Notes: generated by a model not told the origin, from the sequence alone. Shown: positions 20,840 to 32,420, counted from the first letter of the stretch. The stretch is 64,000 nt of DNA from Obrimoposthia wandeli (GCA_977020255.1 CDROCS010000122.1:186001-250000); one strand, 5' to 3'. Translations and numbers: made by a program.

Positions 20840-20868
20840 AAAAAAATAAGGCCCCTCAAAAGGAGCCT
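20840..20868 (-). terminator. Terminator between zipA and ligA
   Basis: Minus strand AGGCTCCT-TTTG-AGGGGCCT-TATTTTTT. Confidence 0.7.
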
Positions 20869-20892
20869 CATTACATTGTTTTCGCTTGAGCA

Positions 20893-21320
20893 TTACGCTT
20901 GAGAATACAGCTTTGCTTTATCTCGATATTGGGCAATACGATTCGGTGTTACCATCGCACGTTCATGATCAAGCACATCTGCATTCAAATCATCCGCAAT
21001 ACGCTGTACGGTTTGTAACATCAAATTGAAGCTGCTCGATGCACTACCGTAACACGGCAACATCAAATAGAAAGACACACCAGGGGTCTCAAAATTATGT
21101 CCACCATCTTCAGGAAAATTACCCGGTTGAACCATGTTAGTTGCAGAGAACAATACAGGTTCTGTTCCGGCTAAATCAGCATGTCGGTGATATACAGCGT
21201 TTTCACCAAAAATAAGATTATGTTGTTCAAGGCATTGGAATAGTTTCGCCCCTTGTAACATACCACCATTACGAGCATGTACGCTAAGTGCTATGTAACT
21301 TGGCTCTAAAACGACCTCTG

Positions 21321-21351
<31 letters not shown>

Positions 21352-21942
21352 CTCTGACTCTGACACAACATTCGCTATAACAGATTCAGGCTGTACAACT
21401 TTATCCTGTTCAAAATTTACCTTTTTCTCTGATACTTCTTGAATATCAGAAATAGGGGTATTTAATACTTCAGTGTAATCAGACACCACCGCAACAGGTT
21501 CTGGCTGAACAGGCTGTTCAATTTCAGCCGTTGTTGCTTCAGGAGCAGATGCTACGATATCTCGACTAAACTTCGGTTCAATTTTTTCAGATGCGGCTGA
21601 CATTTTAGGTAAATCAGCCATATCGTCGTTTACTTGAACAGATGCGGGGCTATCCATCAAAGGATCTGCCTGAATCTTTTCACCAAAATGAAGTTCTGGT
21701 TCTTTTCTTTCTGAAGTCTGTGGTTTCACGTCCTTTTCAGACGCATTATTTATAATCCGAACAGACCCGACACCATTATGATCGAAACCTTCGGTATCAC
21801 GGTTAGAATCATCTAACTTACCGAGTGGCTTTTCACCAAATTTAGCGGGTTTTTCTTTTCTACTGGTCCACAATCCGTGCAAAAGAAGCGCAGAAATAGC
21901 TAGTGCACCAACAATAATAAGGACCAAACGCAATTCCTGCAT
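20893..21942 (-). CDS. zipA: Cell division protein ZipA
   Basis: MQELRLVLIIVGALAISALLLHGLWTSRKE anchor; C-terminal FtsZ-binding domain. Confidence 0.96.
21316..21363 (-). repeat. Hexamer tandem repeat encoding (EP)n in ZipA linker
   Basis: (CTCTGG)x6 + (CTCTGA)x2 on plus strand. Confidence 0.9.
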
Positions 21943-22290
21943 ATGAATACTCTAAATTAACTCGTTATCCCTGACGGGGTTAATGATAGTAAGATCTACC
22001 AGAGCTTACAAAATCAACATTGCTGATTTATAGCTGAATACTGACTAATGTACCAAAACTCAATTAATAATGAGAACACGAATGTCGCGATTCATGCAAG
22101 ATAGTGCGGCTGAGCACAGAATAGGGTAAAAAATAAGCTAAATATGCTTCGTTTACCTTCTCTTATTTTTCAGACAACGTGTTTGGTATTTGATTCCATA
22201 CCGTACTGCCAGTTAACATGTGACATTACCATTCCATCAAAACAACAATAATGTGGTGTTTTGAATGATGTATTTAGTAAGGAGAAATAA

Positions 22291-23052
22291 ATGCCACAAC
22301 CACAAATCACTCAGTCTCCAGCAAGTGGAGCTGGATATTTTTTCCGTGGAATGTCTTTAGCAATACAGCCGGGCACTCGACGCTTTGTTATTTTACCACT
22401 ATTTATCAATATACTCTTATTCGGTAGCGCATTTGGATTAGTTTTAAGCCAACTGGGTGATTGGATAAATGGCTGGATAGCAGCATTGCCTTCTTGGTTA
22501 GATTGGTTGTCGTACCTATTATGGCCATTGTTGGCAATTGCCACCTTAGTCATATTCTCTTATATCTTTAGTACAATCGCTAACTGGATAGCCGCCCCTT
22601 TTAATGGTTTATTGGCTGAACATCTAGAAGCCAAGTTAACCGGAGAACCCGCGCCAGATACCGGATTAAAAGATATTCTTAAAGATCTTCCCCGCATCAT
22701 GAACCGTGAATGGATAAAGCTAAAATATTACCTACCTAAAGCATTAGGGCTATTGATATTGCTTTGGATCCCAGCGATTGGTCAAACGGTTGGCCCTGTA
22801 TTATGGTTTTTATTCAGTGCATGGATGATGACGATTCAATATGCCGATTATCCATTCGATAACCACAAAGTCCCCTTTCCAACAATGCGCGATGCATTAA
22901 AAGTGAAACGTGGAAAATCATTAAGCTTTGGTAGCTTAGTGATGGTTTTTACCATGACACCGATTCTCAATTTGTTTGTTATGCCCATTGCCGTATGTGG
23001 TGCGACCGCAATGTGGGTTGATCATTACCGTGATCAATATAAGTTAAACTAA
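22291..23052 (+). CDS. cysZ: Sulfate transporter CysZ
   Basis: [14 protein letters not shown]; [11 protein letters not shown]. Confidence 0.96.
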   Translation: MPQPQITQSPASGAGYFFRGMSLAIQPGTRRFVILPLFINILLFGSAFGLVLSQLGDWINGWIAALPSWLDWLSYLLWPLLAIATLVIFSYIFSTIANWIAAPFNGLLAEHLEAKLTGEPAPDTGLKDILKDLPRIMNREWIKLKYYLPKALGLLILLWIPAIGQTVGPVLWFLFSAWMMTIQYADYPFDNHKVPFPTMRDALKVKRGKSLSFGSLVMVFTMTPILNLFVMPIAVCGATAMWVDHYRDQYKLN

Positions 23053-23066
23053 GTAGCCATCATAAT

Positions 23067-23091
23067 GACGAGGAGCCCTATCCTCCTCGTC
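23067..23091 (+). terminator. Hairpin after cysZ
   Basis: GACGAGGAG-N7-CTCCTCGTC. Confidence 0.6.
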
Positions 23092-23279
23092 GTTCTTCTA
23101 ACGCAAAACCCCCAAGCTTCAACATCTCGCCGCTTTGTCGCTCACGTTATTCTCATTTTCAAACACTCATTCCTCTCTTTATAACAATAAGATATAACCA
23201 TTAATTACTTTCCAAAATGCGATTCGTGTATATGCTTAATTGGTCTTAGGTTATAACGCGTAGCGAAGGAACGAAAAGT

Positions 23280-24248
23280 ATGAGCAAGATTTACGAAGAT
23301 AATTCACTAACGATTGGTAACACCCCCCTAGTACGTCTTAACCGTGTTAGCAATGGTAATGTACTGGCAAAAATTGAAGCTCGTAACCCTAGCTTCAGCG
23401 TAAAATGCCGTATCGGTTCAAACATGATTTGGGATGCTGAAAAGAAAGGCACACTAAAAGAAGGCATTGAACTTGTAGAGCCAACCAGTGGTAATACTGG
23501 TATTGCTTTAGCCTTCGTTGCCGCAGCACGCGGATATAAATTAACGTTAACGATGCCTGAAAGCATGAGCTTAGAGCGCCGTAAACTACTTAAAGCCCTT
23601 GGTGCCAACTTGGTATTAACCGAAGCACCGAAAGGTATGAAAGGCGCAATAGAAAAAGCAGAAGAAATTGTTGCATCAGACCCGAGTAAATATCTGCTTC
23701 TTCAACAATTTAATAACCCAGCAAACCCTGAAATTCACGAAAAAACCACAGGTCCTGAAATTTGGGATGCGACAGATGGTGAAATCGATGTATTCGTTTC
23801 AGGCGTCGGTACAGGTGGCACACTAACGGGTGTAAGCCGATTCATTAAGCATCAGAAAGGCAAAGCCATTACAACGGTTGCTGTAGAACCCGCTGAATCA
23901 CCGGTTATCACTCAAACACTGAATGGCGATGACGTAAAACCAGCACCACACAAAATTCAAGGTATTGGCGCAGGCTTCATCCCAGGTAACCTAGACCTAA
24001 CATTGATTGATGAAGTAGAATTAGTCAGTTCAGAAGATGCTATCGCGATGACTCGTCGCTTAATGGAAGAAGAAGGTATTCTTGCTGGTATTTCCTCTGG
24101 TGCTGCTGTTGTCGCTGCAAATAATATTGCTGCACGCCCTGAGTTCGCAGGCAAAAAGATTGTTGTAGTGTTACCTAGCTCAGGTGAAAGGTACTTATCT
24201 ACAGCTCTTTTTGCAGGTATCTTCACAGAAAAAGAAAACCAACAGTGA
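23280..24248 (+). CDS. cysK: Cysteine synthase A
   Basis: [12 protein letters not shown] lysine; EPTSGNTG; HKIQGIGAG. Confidence 0.98.
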   Translation: MSKIYEDNSLTIGNTPLVRLNRVSNGNVLAKIEARNPSFSVKCRIGSNMIWDAEKKGTLKEGIELVEPTSGNTGIALAFVAAARGYKLTLTMPESMSLERRKLLKALGANLVLTEAPKGMKGAIEKAEEIVASDPSKYLLLQQFNNPANPEIHEKTTGPEIWDATDGEIDVFVSGVGTGGTLTGVSRFIKHQKGKAITTVAVEPAESPVITQTLNGDDVKPAPHKIQGIGAGFIPGNLDLTLIDEVELVSSEDAIAMTRRLMEEEGILAGISSGAAVVAANNIAARPEFAGKKIVVVLPSSGERYLSTALFAGIFTEKENQQ

Positions 24249-24285
24249 TCACATTTTAATGTGATCTATACCAAGTTGACGTTCG

Positions 24286-24311
24286 AAAAAGCCTCTTTAA
24301 GGGGCTTTTTT
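24286..24311 (+). terminator. Terminator after cysK
   Basis: AAAAAGCCTC-TTTAA-GGGGCTTTTTT. Confidence 0.8.
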
Positions 24312-24574
24312 GTTGCATTTTGTTCTCAGCTTTATTATAAATCCGAGATGCTTTATTTTAAGCGTCGAAATAAAAGGGTCTTTAGACCCATATTGATGCA
24401 ATTCAGCCAATATATTTCATGAAAAATTGACTTGGATTAAGCTAAGACAGCGAACTGTTGAGTAGTTTATACTCCTAGATTAGCAAGCTAATGCAGCTAA
24501 TGTAGCTCGCGTTAAACTTACTACCAGTTACAACGCTTTTAAATAATTATTATATCAATAATCGGGGTAAAAAA

Positions 24575-24832
24575 ATGTATCAGAAACAAGTTGAGATCAC
24601 TGCAGAAAACGGCCTACACACTCGTCCAGCAGCTCAGTTCGTAAAAGAAGCAAAAGCATTTGAAGCAGACATTACTGTTACTTCTAACGGTAAAAGCGCT
24701 AACGCAAAAAGTCTTTTTAAACTACAAACTCTAGGCCTTGTTAAAGGTACAGTAGTAACTATCTCTGCTGAAGGTGCTCAAGCTCAAACAGCTGTAGATC
24801 ACCTAGTTGCTCTAATGGACACTCTGCACTAA
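24575..24832 (+). CDS. ptsH: PTS phosphocarrier HPr
   Basis: GLHTRPAA; [12 protein letters not shown]. Confidence 0.98.
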   Translation: MYQKQVEITAENGLHTRPAAQFVKEAKAFEADITVTSNGKSANAKSLFKLQTLGLVKGTVVTISAEGAQAQTAVDHLVALMDTLH

Positions 24833-24885
24833 TTAGCAGTTTGTTTATTACTTCCCCTAGTTTTTAGTTAATGTAAGGTAAGGCT

Positions 24886-26613
24886 ATGATTTCAGGTATC
24901 CTGGCATCTCCGGGTATTGCTTTTGGTAAAGCACTACTATTGCAAGAAGAAGAGATTGTTCTTAGCAAAACTCCAATCTCAGCAGATCAGATCGACAACG
25001 AAATTCAGTGTTTTTTCGATGCTCGAAAGAAATCTGCAGAGCAACTAGAAGTAATCAAAGAAAAAGCACGTATCACCTTCGGTGAAGAGAAGGAAGCGAT
25101 CTTTGAAGGTCACATCATGTTGCTTGAAGATGAAGAGCTTGAAGAGGAAATCATAGCTTTCATTAAAGATAATAAAGCGACTGCTGCTCTTGCTATTCAT
25201 TCAATTATTGAAGAACAAGCAATAACGCTAGAGTCATTGGATGACGAATACTTAAAAGAACGTGCCACTGATATCCGCGATATCTGCAACCGTTTCGTTA
25301 AAAATGCCCTTGGCATTAGTATCGTTAATCTTAGTGCTATCAACGAAGAAGTGATTTTGGTTGCTAACGACCTTACACCTTCTGAAACAGCACAAATCAA
25401 CCTAGATTACGTACTTGGCTTCATTACTGATATTGGTGGCCGTACCTCACACACCTCTATCATGGCTCGTTCTCTAGAGTTACCTGCTATCGTAGGTACA
25501 AATGATATTACAACTCGTGTTCAAAACGGTGACATGCTGGTTCTTGATGCTATCAATAACCAAGTCGTGATTAACCCAACTGAAGGCGAATTAGCTAAAT
25601 TCAAAGCTATCCGTGATCAGCACCAAGCTGAAGTTGATGAACTTGCTAAGCTGAAAGATCTTCCTGCTATTACCCTTGATGGTAAGCAAGTAGAAGTATG
25701 CGGTAACATTGGTACGGTTAAAGATTGTGACGGTATCAACCGTAACGGCGGTGAAGGTGTTGGTCTGTACCGTACAGAATTCCTGTTTATGGATCGTGAC
25801 TCACTGCCTACAGAAGAAGAACAGTACAAAGCTTACAAAGACGTTGCAGAAGCTATGCACGGCGAAACCGTTATTATCCGTACAATGGATATCGGTGGCG
25901 ACAAAGATCTTCCTTACTTAGATCTTCCTAAAGAAATGAACCCGTTCTTAGGCTGGCGTGCAATTCGCATCAGCCTAGATCGTCGTGAAATTCTTCGTGA
26001 TCAACTACGTGGTATTCTACGTGCTTCGGCGCATGGCAAGATTCGTATCATGTTCCCGATGATTATCTCTATTGAAGAGATTCGTGAACTGAAAGCGGCG
26101 ATTGAAGAATACAAAGCTGAATTGCGCACTGAAGGTTTAGCTTTTGACGAGCAAATCGAAATCGGCGTAATGGTTGAGACACCAGCTGCAGCAGCTATCG
26201 CACACCACCTTGCTAAAGAAGTATCATTCTTTAGCATTGGTACAAACGACTTAACCCAGTATACTCTTGCAGTTGACCGCGGAAATGAGCTTATTTCTCA
26301 TCTATATAACCCGCTATCTCCAGCAGTACTGCTAGTGATCAAGCAAGTAATCGATGCTTCTCACAAAGAAGGTAAGTGGACTGGTATGTGTGGCGAGTTA
26401 GCTGGTGATGAACGTGCTACCCTATTACTATTAGGTATGGGGCTGGACGAGTTCAGCATGAGCGGAATTTCAATTCCACGTATTAAAAAAGTTATCCGTA
26501 ACGCTAACTTTGCTGATGTTAAAGCTATGGCCGAGCAAGCACTTGCTATGCCAACAGCAGCTGAAATCGAAGCACACGTAGAAAAATTCATCGCAGAAAA
26601 AACTATCTGCTAA
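24886..26613 (+). CDS. ptsI: PTS enzyme I
   Basis: GGRTSHTSI phospho-His; GLYRTEFLF; MCGELAGD. Confidence 0.98.
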   Translation: MISGILASPGIAFGKALLLQEEEIVLSKTPISADQIDNEIQCFFDARKKSAEQLEVIKEKARITFGEEKEAIFEGHIMLLEDEELEEEIIAFIKDNKATAALAIHSIIEEQAITLESLDDEYLKERATDIRDICNRFVKNALGISIVNLSAINEEVILVANDLTPSETAQINLDYVLGFITDIGGRTSHTSIMARSLELPAIVGTNDITTRVQNGDMLVLDAINNQVVINPTEGELAKFKAIRDQHQAEVDELAKLKDLPAITLDGKQVEVCGNIGTVKDCDGINRNGGEGVGLYRTEFLFMDRDSLPTEEEQYKAYKDVAEAMHGETVIIRTMDIGGDKDLPYLDLPKEMNPFLGWRAIRISLDRREILRDQLRGILRASAHGKIRIMFPMIISIEEIRELKAAIEEYKAELRTEGLAFDEQIEIGVMVETPAAAAIAHHLAKEVSFFSIGTNDLTQYTLAVDRGNELISHLYNPLSPAVLLVIKQVIDASHKEGKWTGMCGELAGDERATLLLLGMGLDEFSMSGISIPRIKKVIRNANFADVKAMAEQALAMPTAAEIEAHVEKFIAEKTIC

Positions 26614-26653
26614 TATAGCTTCAGATAGAATAATAACGCTTAGGAGCAATGAC

Positions 26654-27163
26654 ATGGGTTTGTTTGACAAATTAAAGAAGCTGGTTTCTGACGATAGCAG
26701 CGAAGCTGGTGTTATCGAAATCATCGCACCAATTTCTGGCGAAATCGTAAACATCGAAGATGTGCCAGATGTTGTTTTTGCCGAGAAAATTGTTGGTGAC
26801 GGTATTGCTATCAAGCCTTCTGGCAACAAAATGGTTGCACCTGTAAACGGTACAATTGGCAAAATTTTCGAAACTAACCACGCTTTCTCTATCGAGTCTG
26901 ACGATGGTATTGAGCTTTTCGTTCACTTTGGTATCGACACTGTTGAGCTTAAAGGTGAAGGCTTTACTCGTATCGCAGAAGAAGGTCAAACTGTTAAAGT
27001 TGGCGACACTGTAATCGAATTCGATCTTGCACTTCTTGAAGAGAAAGCTAAGTCAACTCTGACTCCAGTTGTTATCTCTAACATGGACGAGATCAAAGAG
27101 CTAAACAAGCTTTCTGGCGCTGTAACTGTGGGTGAAACTCCAGTACTACGCATCAAAAAGTAA
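26654..27163 (+). CDS. crr: PTS EIIA(Glc)
   Basis: [10 protein letters not shown]; [10 protein letters not shown]. Confidence 0.98.
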   Translation: MGLFDKLKKLVSDDSSEAGVIEIIAPISGEIVNIEDVPDVVFAEKIVGDGIAIKPSGNKMVAPVNGTIGKIFETNHAFSIESDDGIELFVHFGIDTVELKGEGFTRIAEEGQTVKVGDTVIEFDLALLEEKAKSTLTPVVISNMDEIKELNKLSGAVTVGETPVLRIKK

Positions 27164-27180
27164 GATTGTTTGAAGCTTTA

Positions 27181-27210
27181 AAAAAACGCTGCCTTCGGGT
27201 AGCGTTTTTT
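27181..27210 (+). terminator. Terminator after crr
   Basis: AAAAAACGCTGCC-TTCG-GGTAGCGTTTTTT. Confidence 0.9.
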
Positions 27211-27321
27211 ATTTGTAACGAAAAAAAGCGAGAAGTATTCACCTCTCGCCTATATCGATTCGTGTACTACTCTCATTGGAAAGTCATGAGGAATAACGCA
27301 TCGTTATCTTTTTCATTCACT

Positions 27322-28218
27322 TTATAAGCTATTTAACATCTCGACTGATGGTGCAAAGAAGTAGGCGCCTGTTACCGCTTTAGTAAACCGCAACATTTGA
27401 TCTGACTTACCGTCAGATTCACCGTACATACTCTCTAACATCACATTGAAGTTATGTTGACCAGAACAATAGGCAATGAAAAGTAAACCATGCTCACCCG
27501 TTACAGAGCCATATGGCAGGCTATGACGAACAATCTTTAATCCTTTACCTTCTTCTTTAATATCAACACGACCAACATGTGACGCTGCTGGTACATCATC
27601 AAGTTCGATCGAATCAGGTTTAGTACGACCAATAACTTTTTCTTGCGCTTGAATACTTAAGCGATTCCATGCAGGAAGGTTATGGATGAAACGTTGAACC
27701 ATAACAAAGCTACCACCTGCAAAGTCACCTTCTTTAATTAAGGCAACATCACTGCGCGCTTCAATTGTTTTTGGATTCTCAGTACCATCAACAAATTCCG
27801 TCATATCACGTGAATCTAGATATTTGAAACCATACGTTTCATCCAGTACTTCTATCTCTTTTGCCATAGGTTCAATAAAACGACGAAGCAGATAAAAATT
27901 CAAATCATGACGGCTAGAGTTAACATGTAAAAGAACATCACCCCCCGTTGCTGGTGCGGTAATATCTCCCTTGCCTAATTCACGAAAATCAGAAAATTCA
28001 GCAGGACAACCTTTTTCTAGCGACGACCAAAACGATTGGCCAAAAGCAATGCTCGCACGAAGATCGGCACCTGGTTGTTGTTCATTTAATACCGTTAGGG
28101 TTTGATGCAATGATTTACATTGATCAATAACCGTATCTTTATTTCCTACAACCTTCATAACAACATAAAGGGAAAAAGGGCCAGCGTCTGGCAAGATTGC
28201 AGGTTGAGAGGTAGCCAT
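27322..28218 (-). CDS. yfeX: Dyp-type peroxidase (YfeX-like)
   Basis: FVDGTENP; IGRTK; SHVGR; RHSLPYG. Confidence 0.92.
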   Translation of the reverse strand: MATSQPAILPDAGPFSLYVVMKVVGNKDTVIDQCKSLHQTLTVLNEQQPGADLRASIAFGQSFWSSLEKGCPAEFSDFRELGKGDITAPATGGDVLLHVNSSRHDLNFYLLRRFIEPMAKEIEVLDETYGFKYLDSRDMTEFVDGTENPKTIEARSDVALIKEGDFAGGSFVMVQRFIHNLPAWNRLSIQAQEKVIGRTKPDSIELDDVPAASHVGRVDIKEEGKGLKIVRHSLPYGSVTGEHGLLFIAYCSGQHNFNVMLESMYGESDGKSDQMLRFTKAVTGAYFFAPSVEMLNSL

Positions 28219-28497
28219 TAAGTTCTCCTAAATACAAAGTATGACGAATCTAATTAATCGACTAGCGATTATAACTCTATTTAACCATTCTACGTTGATC
28301 ATTGTCAGCCACATAGTTAAGCAAAGCTATTCTAAATGGAAAGAGAATATATCGATACTCAAGGTGTAGTCGAATAATTTTAACCAGAAGGATGAACAGC
28401 GACTTGTCTAAGTGGGTATAAGGTTATAGGGCAAATGATGGGTATAAAAAACGCCCCACTTATGGAGCGTTATATAGATAGTGAGCCGTGAATTACG

Positions 28498-28905
28498 TTA
28501 CACGGAGGTCACTTCAACTTGTAACTTTACTTGTTCTTTCGAAGCATCATTCGTACTCACAAACGATGTTGGTCCATTAAGACCCGTCGAAAGAACTGGC
28601 GAAATAATCGTCCGCCATGCACCATCATCTAAACGTTCTTTGATAGTAAATGCGATTTTTACTTCTTCCGCTGAATATTCTAGTAACTCTGCACTTCCGA
28701 CCAATTCACGGCTGCTATTACCTTCATCTAAAGACGTACCAAAAATAATGGTCTCTTCACCTGGAAGTAAAGACAGTGATGTATTGACACTTTGTTTCGT
28801 GTTTTCGCTCGTCAACTCAAAGTTAACATCCAACAGCCAATCAGCCATTGCTAGCGGGCTTAAAAGTGCACTAAACAGTACTAAACCTTTACTCCACTCA
28901 TTCAT
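28498..28905 (-). CDS. Secreted hypothetical protein
   Basis: GAGG RBS, signal peptide ending AMA, beta-rich mature part; follows DUF2919 gene by 5 bp. Confidence 0.7.
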   Translation of the reverse strand: MNEWSKGLVLFSALLSPLAMADWLLDVNFELTSENTKQSVNTSLSLLPGEETIIFGTSLDEGNSSRELVGSAELLEYSAEEVKIAFTIKERLDDGAWRTIISPVLSTGLNGPTSFVSTNDASKEQVKLQVEVTSV

Positions 28906-28910
28906 TTGGT

Positions 28911-29372
28911 TTACCTCTCTACAGGCTTATCTGCAAATGTATTCTGAACTCTTGTGCTTCTTATCAGGTATACGCTAAACCATAGCGTTAATAACATGAT
29001 AATTGCCTTCGTCCAGCTGAATGCACCCTGTGTGAGCGACAGGTGATACAGTTGCAATAAACAATCAGTTAAATAGGCAGCTAGTAATAATTTTTTGCCG
29101 TGCTGCCATAATATATTCATTATTTTTATATTTTTATATCGCTGGCCCGATAACCACATCAATAGTATTGCGGGTAAACCCATTGCCATTCCGATATATA
29201 AACTATCTCTATATGGATAGAATATTGTCAATATTTGTGCACCTTGCTCGCGACTGGCACCTGCCATCACAAAAACAAACCATGCTTTAGCACTAAACGT
29301 CAGTGCCAGCCATAACATTTTTGATGGCTTTAATGTACCGTGTTTGTCATAAGCATCTATTGGATAAAACAA
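28911..29372 (-). CDS. DUF2919-like membrane protein
   Basis: YDKHGTLKP start, AWFVFVMAGASREQG, four hydrophobic segments. Confidence 0.7.
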   Translation of the reverse strand: MFYPIDAYDKHGTLKPSKMLWLALTFSAKAWFVFVMAGASREQGAQILTIFYPYRDSLYIGMAMGLPAILLMWLSGQRYKNIKIMNILWQHGKKLLLAAYLTDCLLQLYHLSLTQGAFSWTKAIIMLLTLWFSVYLIRSTRVQNTFADKPVER

Positions 29373-29844
29373 AACAATTCCTCACACATTCTCTCTCTTA
29401 TGAGCAATGGTGCCGAATAGCCTTAAATTCAACCAAAGTGTGAAATGCACAATGTATTAATTACCCGCTCACAATAATCTATATTGCAGATTTAAGAACT
29501 TAACAGTGATTAATTCTGTGGCGCACCGCACTGTTCAATTTTTAATCTTGCTGTTTTGATCACGTTTTTGTAAGAAAAACTATAACTTTATCTTTTATTC
29601 AGGCAACAAACAGAATGTAATACGTATTTTACAAGCTAGAGAAACCCAATACAAAAACAATAAAAATCAAACAGTTAAATGTAAATATAAACATATTTAC
29701 AGTTATCACTGTATTTGTTGCTTGTTGAAAAATTACTACATATCTATTCATTCTGATCGTTAAGATACACTCACACACAAGATACAGACGAGGTACAATG
29801 TCGCTCAAGCAATCAAAGTACCAAACGATTGACCTTTAGGTGGA

Positions 29845-30195
29845 ATGAGAATGAATATTCAAAAAACAAGTAACGCTCCATCAGCAGAAACACAAGCCGA
29901 AGCAATGCAAATAGCTAAAGCCACTCAAAAACCCGGTCAAACTAAAGAGCAAACACGTGTAGTGGCACAAGGGATCCAAAAAGGGATTGAGTTATACAAA
30001 AAGCAGCAAAAAGTAAAATCTCGTGAACGTGATAAGTTACGGAAAAAAGACCTTAAAGGACAACAACAACAACAACAACCGGTAGAACCTTCTGAAACGC
30101 CTCCAGTGCAGATTATTGAACACAAGCAGCATTGGTTACCTTGGGTGTTACTTATTGCATCATGGGTAGGTTTTGTTGCGTATATTGCGCTATAA
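29845..30195 (+). CDS. DUF2956-like protein
   Basis: QKPGQTKEQTRVVAQGIQKGI; C-terminal TM WLPWVLLIASW; internal (CAA)6 poly-Q at 30061-30078. Confidence 0.75.
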   Translation: MRMNIQKTSNAPSAETQAEAMQIAKATQKPGQTKEQTRVVAQGIQKGIELYKKQQKVKSRERDKLRKKDLKGQQQQQQPVEPSETPPVQIIEHKQHWLPWVLLIASWVGFVAYIAL

Positions 30196-30244
30196 ATAGA
30201 TGACACTTCCACTCGCTGCTAATCCCATGAACAAAGGATTGAAC

Positions 30245-30694
30245 ATGACCCCTCGTTTATTACTACTCACCATAATTATTACCATAACTGGCTGTTCAAA
30301 TGCTGACGGTGTAAATGCCACTGTTGCCGACCGATCACTACACATTTGTGGTGACAAACCCAACTGTGTATCAACACGTGATAAACGTGAAGACTTTCAA
30401 CTGACTGAATTCATACTCAATGAAACCGGTCTCTCCCATTGGGCAGATATAGAGCAGCTCGCACTTTCTTTATCTGGTGCGAGCCTTGCTAAAAAAGCGC
30501 CTAATTACCTTCATATTGAATGCCGTAGTGCTGTCTTTGGTTTTGTGGATGATTTTGAATTACGCCTTCAAGGCAATGAAATCATTGTTCGTTCTGAATC
30601 ACGAACAGGCTATTCTGATTTTGGTGTAAACCGAGATAGAGCTGAAGAATTTCGAGAGATATTATTGCAACATCGCTACCTCGTATCAGAATAA
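30245..30694 (+). CDS. DUF1499-like lipoprotein (start reassigned to MTPRLL)
   Basis: Lipobox ITGC; CGDKPNCVS; FGFVDDFE; RSESRTGYSDFGVNRDR. Confidence 0.8.
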   Translation: MTPRLLLLTIIITITGCSNADGVNATVADRSLHICGDKPNCVSTRDKREDFQLTEFILNETGLSHWADIEQLALSLSGASLAKKAPNYLHIECRSAVFGFVDDFELRLQGNEIIVRSESRTGYSDFGVNRDRAEEFREILLQHRYLVSE

Positions 30695-30720
30695 AAATTG
30701 AAGTCTATCCAAAAACAACT

Positions 30721-30735
30721 TGATAATGATTATCA
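30721..30735. promoter_or_regulatory. Fur box
   Basis: Perfect 7-1-7 TGATAAT-G-ATTATCA, 40 bp upstream of ORF 30776. Confidence 0.8.
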
Positions 30736-30775
30736 TTTAGATTAAGTTATTCACTAGTGAATAAGGAGCAATCAG

Positions 30776-30979
30776 ATGGATAGACCTTCTTTTTTAGTCA
30801 TCAGTTTTATTGGCTTAATCAGTATTGCGGCACTCCACCTCGGTGAAGTGTGGCGAGATGACACAATACTAACAGGCGTCTCTTTCTTCGTTGAGTGGTT
30901 ACCACTCTATGTAGCCTGGACAGTGATGATGTTAATCGGCTTATTTCAACGCACTTCTTATTTAAACCATACCCATTAA
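30776..30979 (+). CDS. Small two-TM membrane protein, unknown
   Basis: AAGGAG RBS, two hydrophobic segments, own terminator. Confidence 0.7.
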   Translation: MDRPSFLVISFIGLISIAALHLGEVWRDDTILTGVSFFVEWLPLYVAWTVMMLIGLFQRTSYLNHTH

Positions 30980-30980
30980 A

Positions 30981-31007
30981 AAAGCCACGTCTTATCGACG
31001 TGGCTTT
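30981..31007. terminator. Bidirectional terminator (ORF 30776 / nap operon)
   Basis: AAAGCCACGTC-TTATC-GACGTGGCTTT. Confidence 0.8.
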
Positions 31008-31060
31008 GAGTTATGCACTTAATATTTGAATCTAAGCGTTATTGGACAACGATTGATCTG

Positions 31061-31195
31061 TTATACGTTTTTGTCTTTACCTAACGATAAAAGCCAAACT
31101 GAAACGACAGCTACAACAGCAAAGCCAGAAAAGATAATAACGGGCATTGCGGCATAACCTAATACATGCCAAATCACTGATTCTAATGTACTCAT
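31061..31195 (-). CDS. 44-aa membrane protein, TIGR02808-like (missing from ORF track)
   Basis: Hand translation MSTLESVIWHVLGYAAMPVIIFSGFAVVAVVSVWLLSLGKDKNV, directly after napC; family name from recollection. Confidence 0.8.
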   Translation of the reverse strand: MSTLESVIWHVLGYAAMPVIIFSGFAVVAVVSVWLLSLGKDKNV

Positions 31196-31214
31196 ACTCT
31201 ACTTACCTTTGTTA

Positions 31215-31790
31215 TTACCAGCCTTCTACACCTTGCATGTCAGGCAGTTTGTGGGCAATACCTTTATGACAATCTACACACGTTTTATCACCCGAGGCTA
31301 ACGCCGTTGAGTGCTGTTTCACACTACGAGGACCTTGCTCAGAGAAGTCCATGTAATCGAAATTATGACAATTACGACATTCTTGAGAGTTATTCTCTTT
31401 CATTCGATGCCATTCTCGTTCCGCTAAATGACCCCGACGCTCTTTGAACTTCTCTTCTGTATCAATCGTCTTCGTTACATAATGAGCAAATAATTCTTTT
31501 GATGCTTGAACTTTACGTACAATTTTATCGGTCCAATTATGAGGTACGTGACAGTCGGAACAAATAGCTCGTACACCAGAACGGTTAGAGAAGTGAACTG
31601 TTTCACGGATCTCTTTAACGATAGGTGCGTGACAACCAGAACAGAATTCCTCTGTATTGGTTGCTTCCATTCCGGTGTTAAATGCACCCCAGAATAATAA
31701 GCCACCCATGAAACCCATAAGTAAAACAACGCCAACCGCCACTTTACTCGGTGATCTCAATCTTTTCCAGAACGCTTTTATAATGTTCAT
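31215..31790 (-). CDS. napC: Tetraheme cytochrome c NapC
   Basis: N-terminal TM and four CxxCH motifs. Confidence 0.97.
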   Translation of the reverse strand: MNIIKAFWKRLRSPSKVAVGVVLLMGFMGGLLFWGAFNTGMEATNTEEFCSGCHAPIVKEIRETVHFSNRSGVRAICSDCHVPHNWTDKIVRKVQASKELFAHYVTKTIDTEEKFKERRGHLAEREWHRMKENNSQECRNCHNFDYMDFSEQGPRSVKQHSTALASGDKTCVDCHKGIAHKLPDMQGVEGW

Positions 31791-31820
31791 ATATAGCCTC
31801 TCTTATGATTGCGGCTATAA

Positions 31821-32330
31821 CTAGCGCAGCGCGTCAACACGTTGGAAATCATTACCCACTAATGGTTTAGCATCAGCTTGAGGTACGTGACATTGCTGAC
31901 AGAAGTAACGGCGTGGTGATACATCTGAAAGCACTTGGCCTTCACGTGTTTCATAGTGCGTTACACTTATTTTGGTTGCACCCATTTCTTTCGCATTTTT
32001 CCAGCTGTGACAAGCTAAACATTTATTGGCATTTAACGACACTTCGTAATTACGAATAGTGTGTGGAATCAAGGGTGGCTGATACACGTAATCGCTATCA
32101 ATTGTACCTTGATCGCGAGGGTAGCGTTTGAAGTCATCCGCAGGACGTGTCACTTCTAATTCGCTTGCACCGCGTAATGATTCAACGCCACCAATACCGC
32201 CTGGGTTCGTCGTGACTTGGTCTAAAACTTTGTGACTTCCTGTTGCTGGTGCGCTGGTTTCTTCCGCACTTTGCACCGCTCCAGCTAACAACATGCCAAC
32301 AGTCATAACTGCTAAAACTAATCGTTTCAT
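31821..32330 (-). CDS. napB: Diheme cytochrome NapB
   Basis: QPPLIPH; CLACH; CQQCH. Confidence 0.96.
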   Translation of the reverse strand: MKRLVLAVMTVGMLLAGAVQSAEETSAPATGSHKVLDQVTTNPGGIGGVESLRGASELEVTRPADDFKRYPRDQGTIDSDYVYQPPLIPHTIRNYEVSLNANKCLACHSWKNAKEMGATKISVTHYETREGQVLSDVSPRRYFCQQCHVPQADAKPLVGNDFQRVDALR

Positions 32331-32420
32331 TACTTTCTCCGCCTAATGGCTAAATTCGAGTCAAGCAGTTGATTACCTATCGGGATTACAGATAATCAAC
32401 TACTAATATCATCCGATTAT

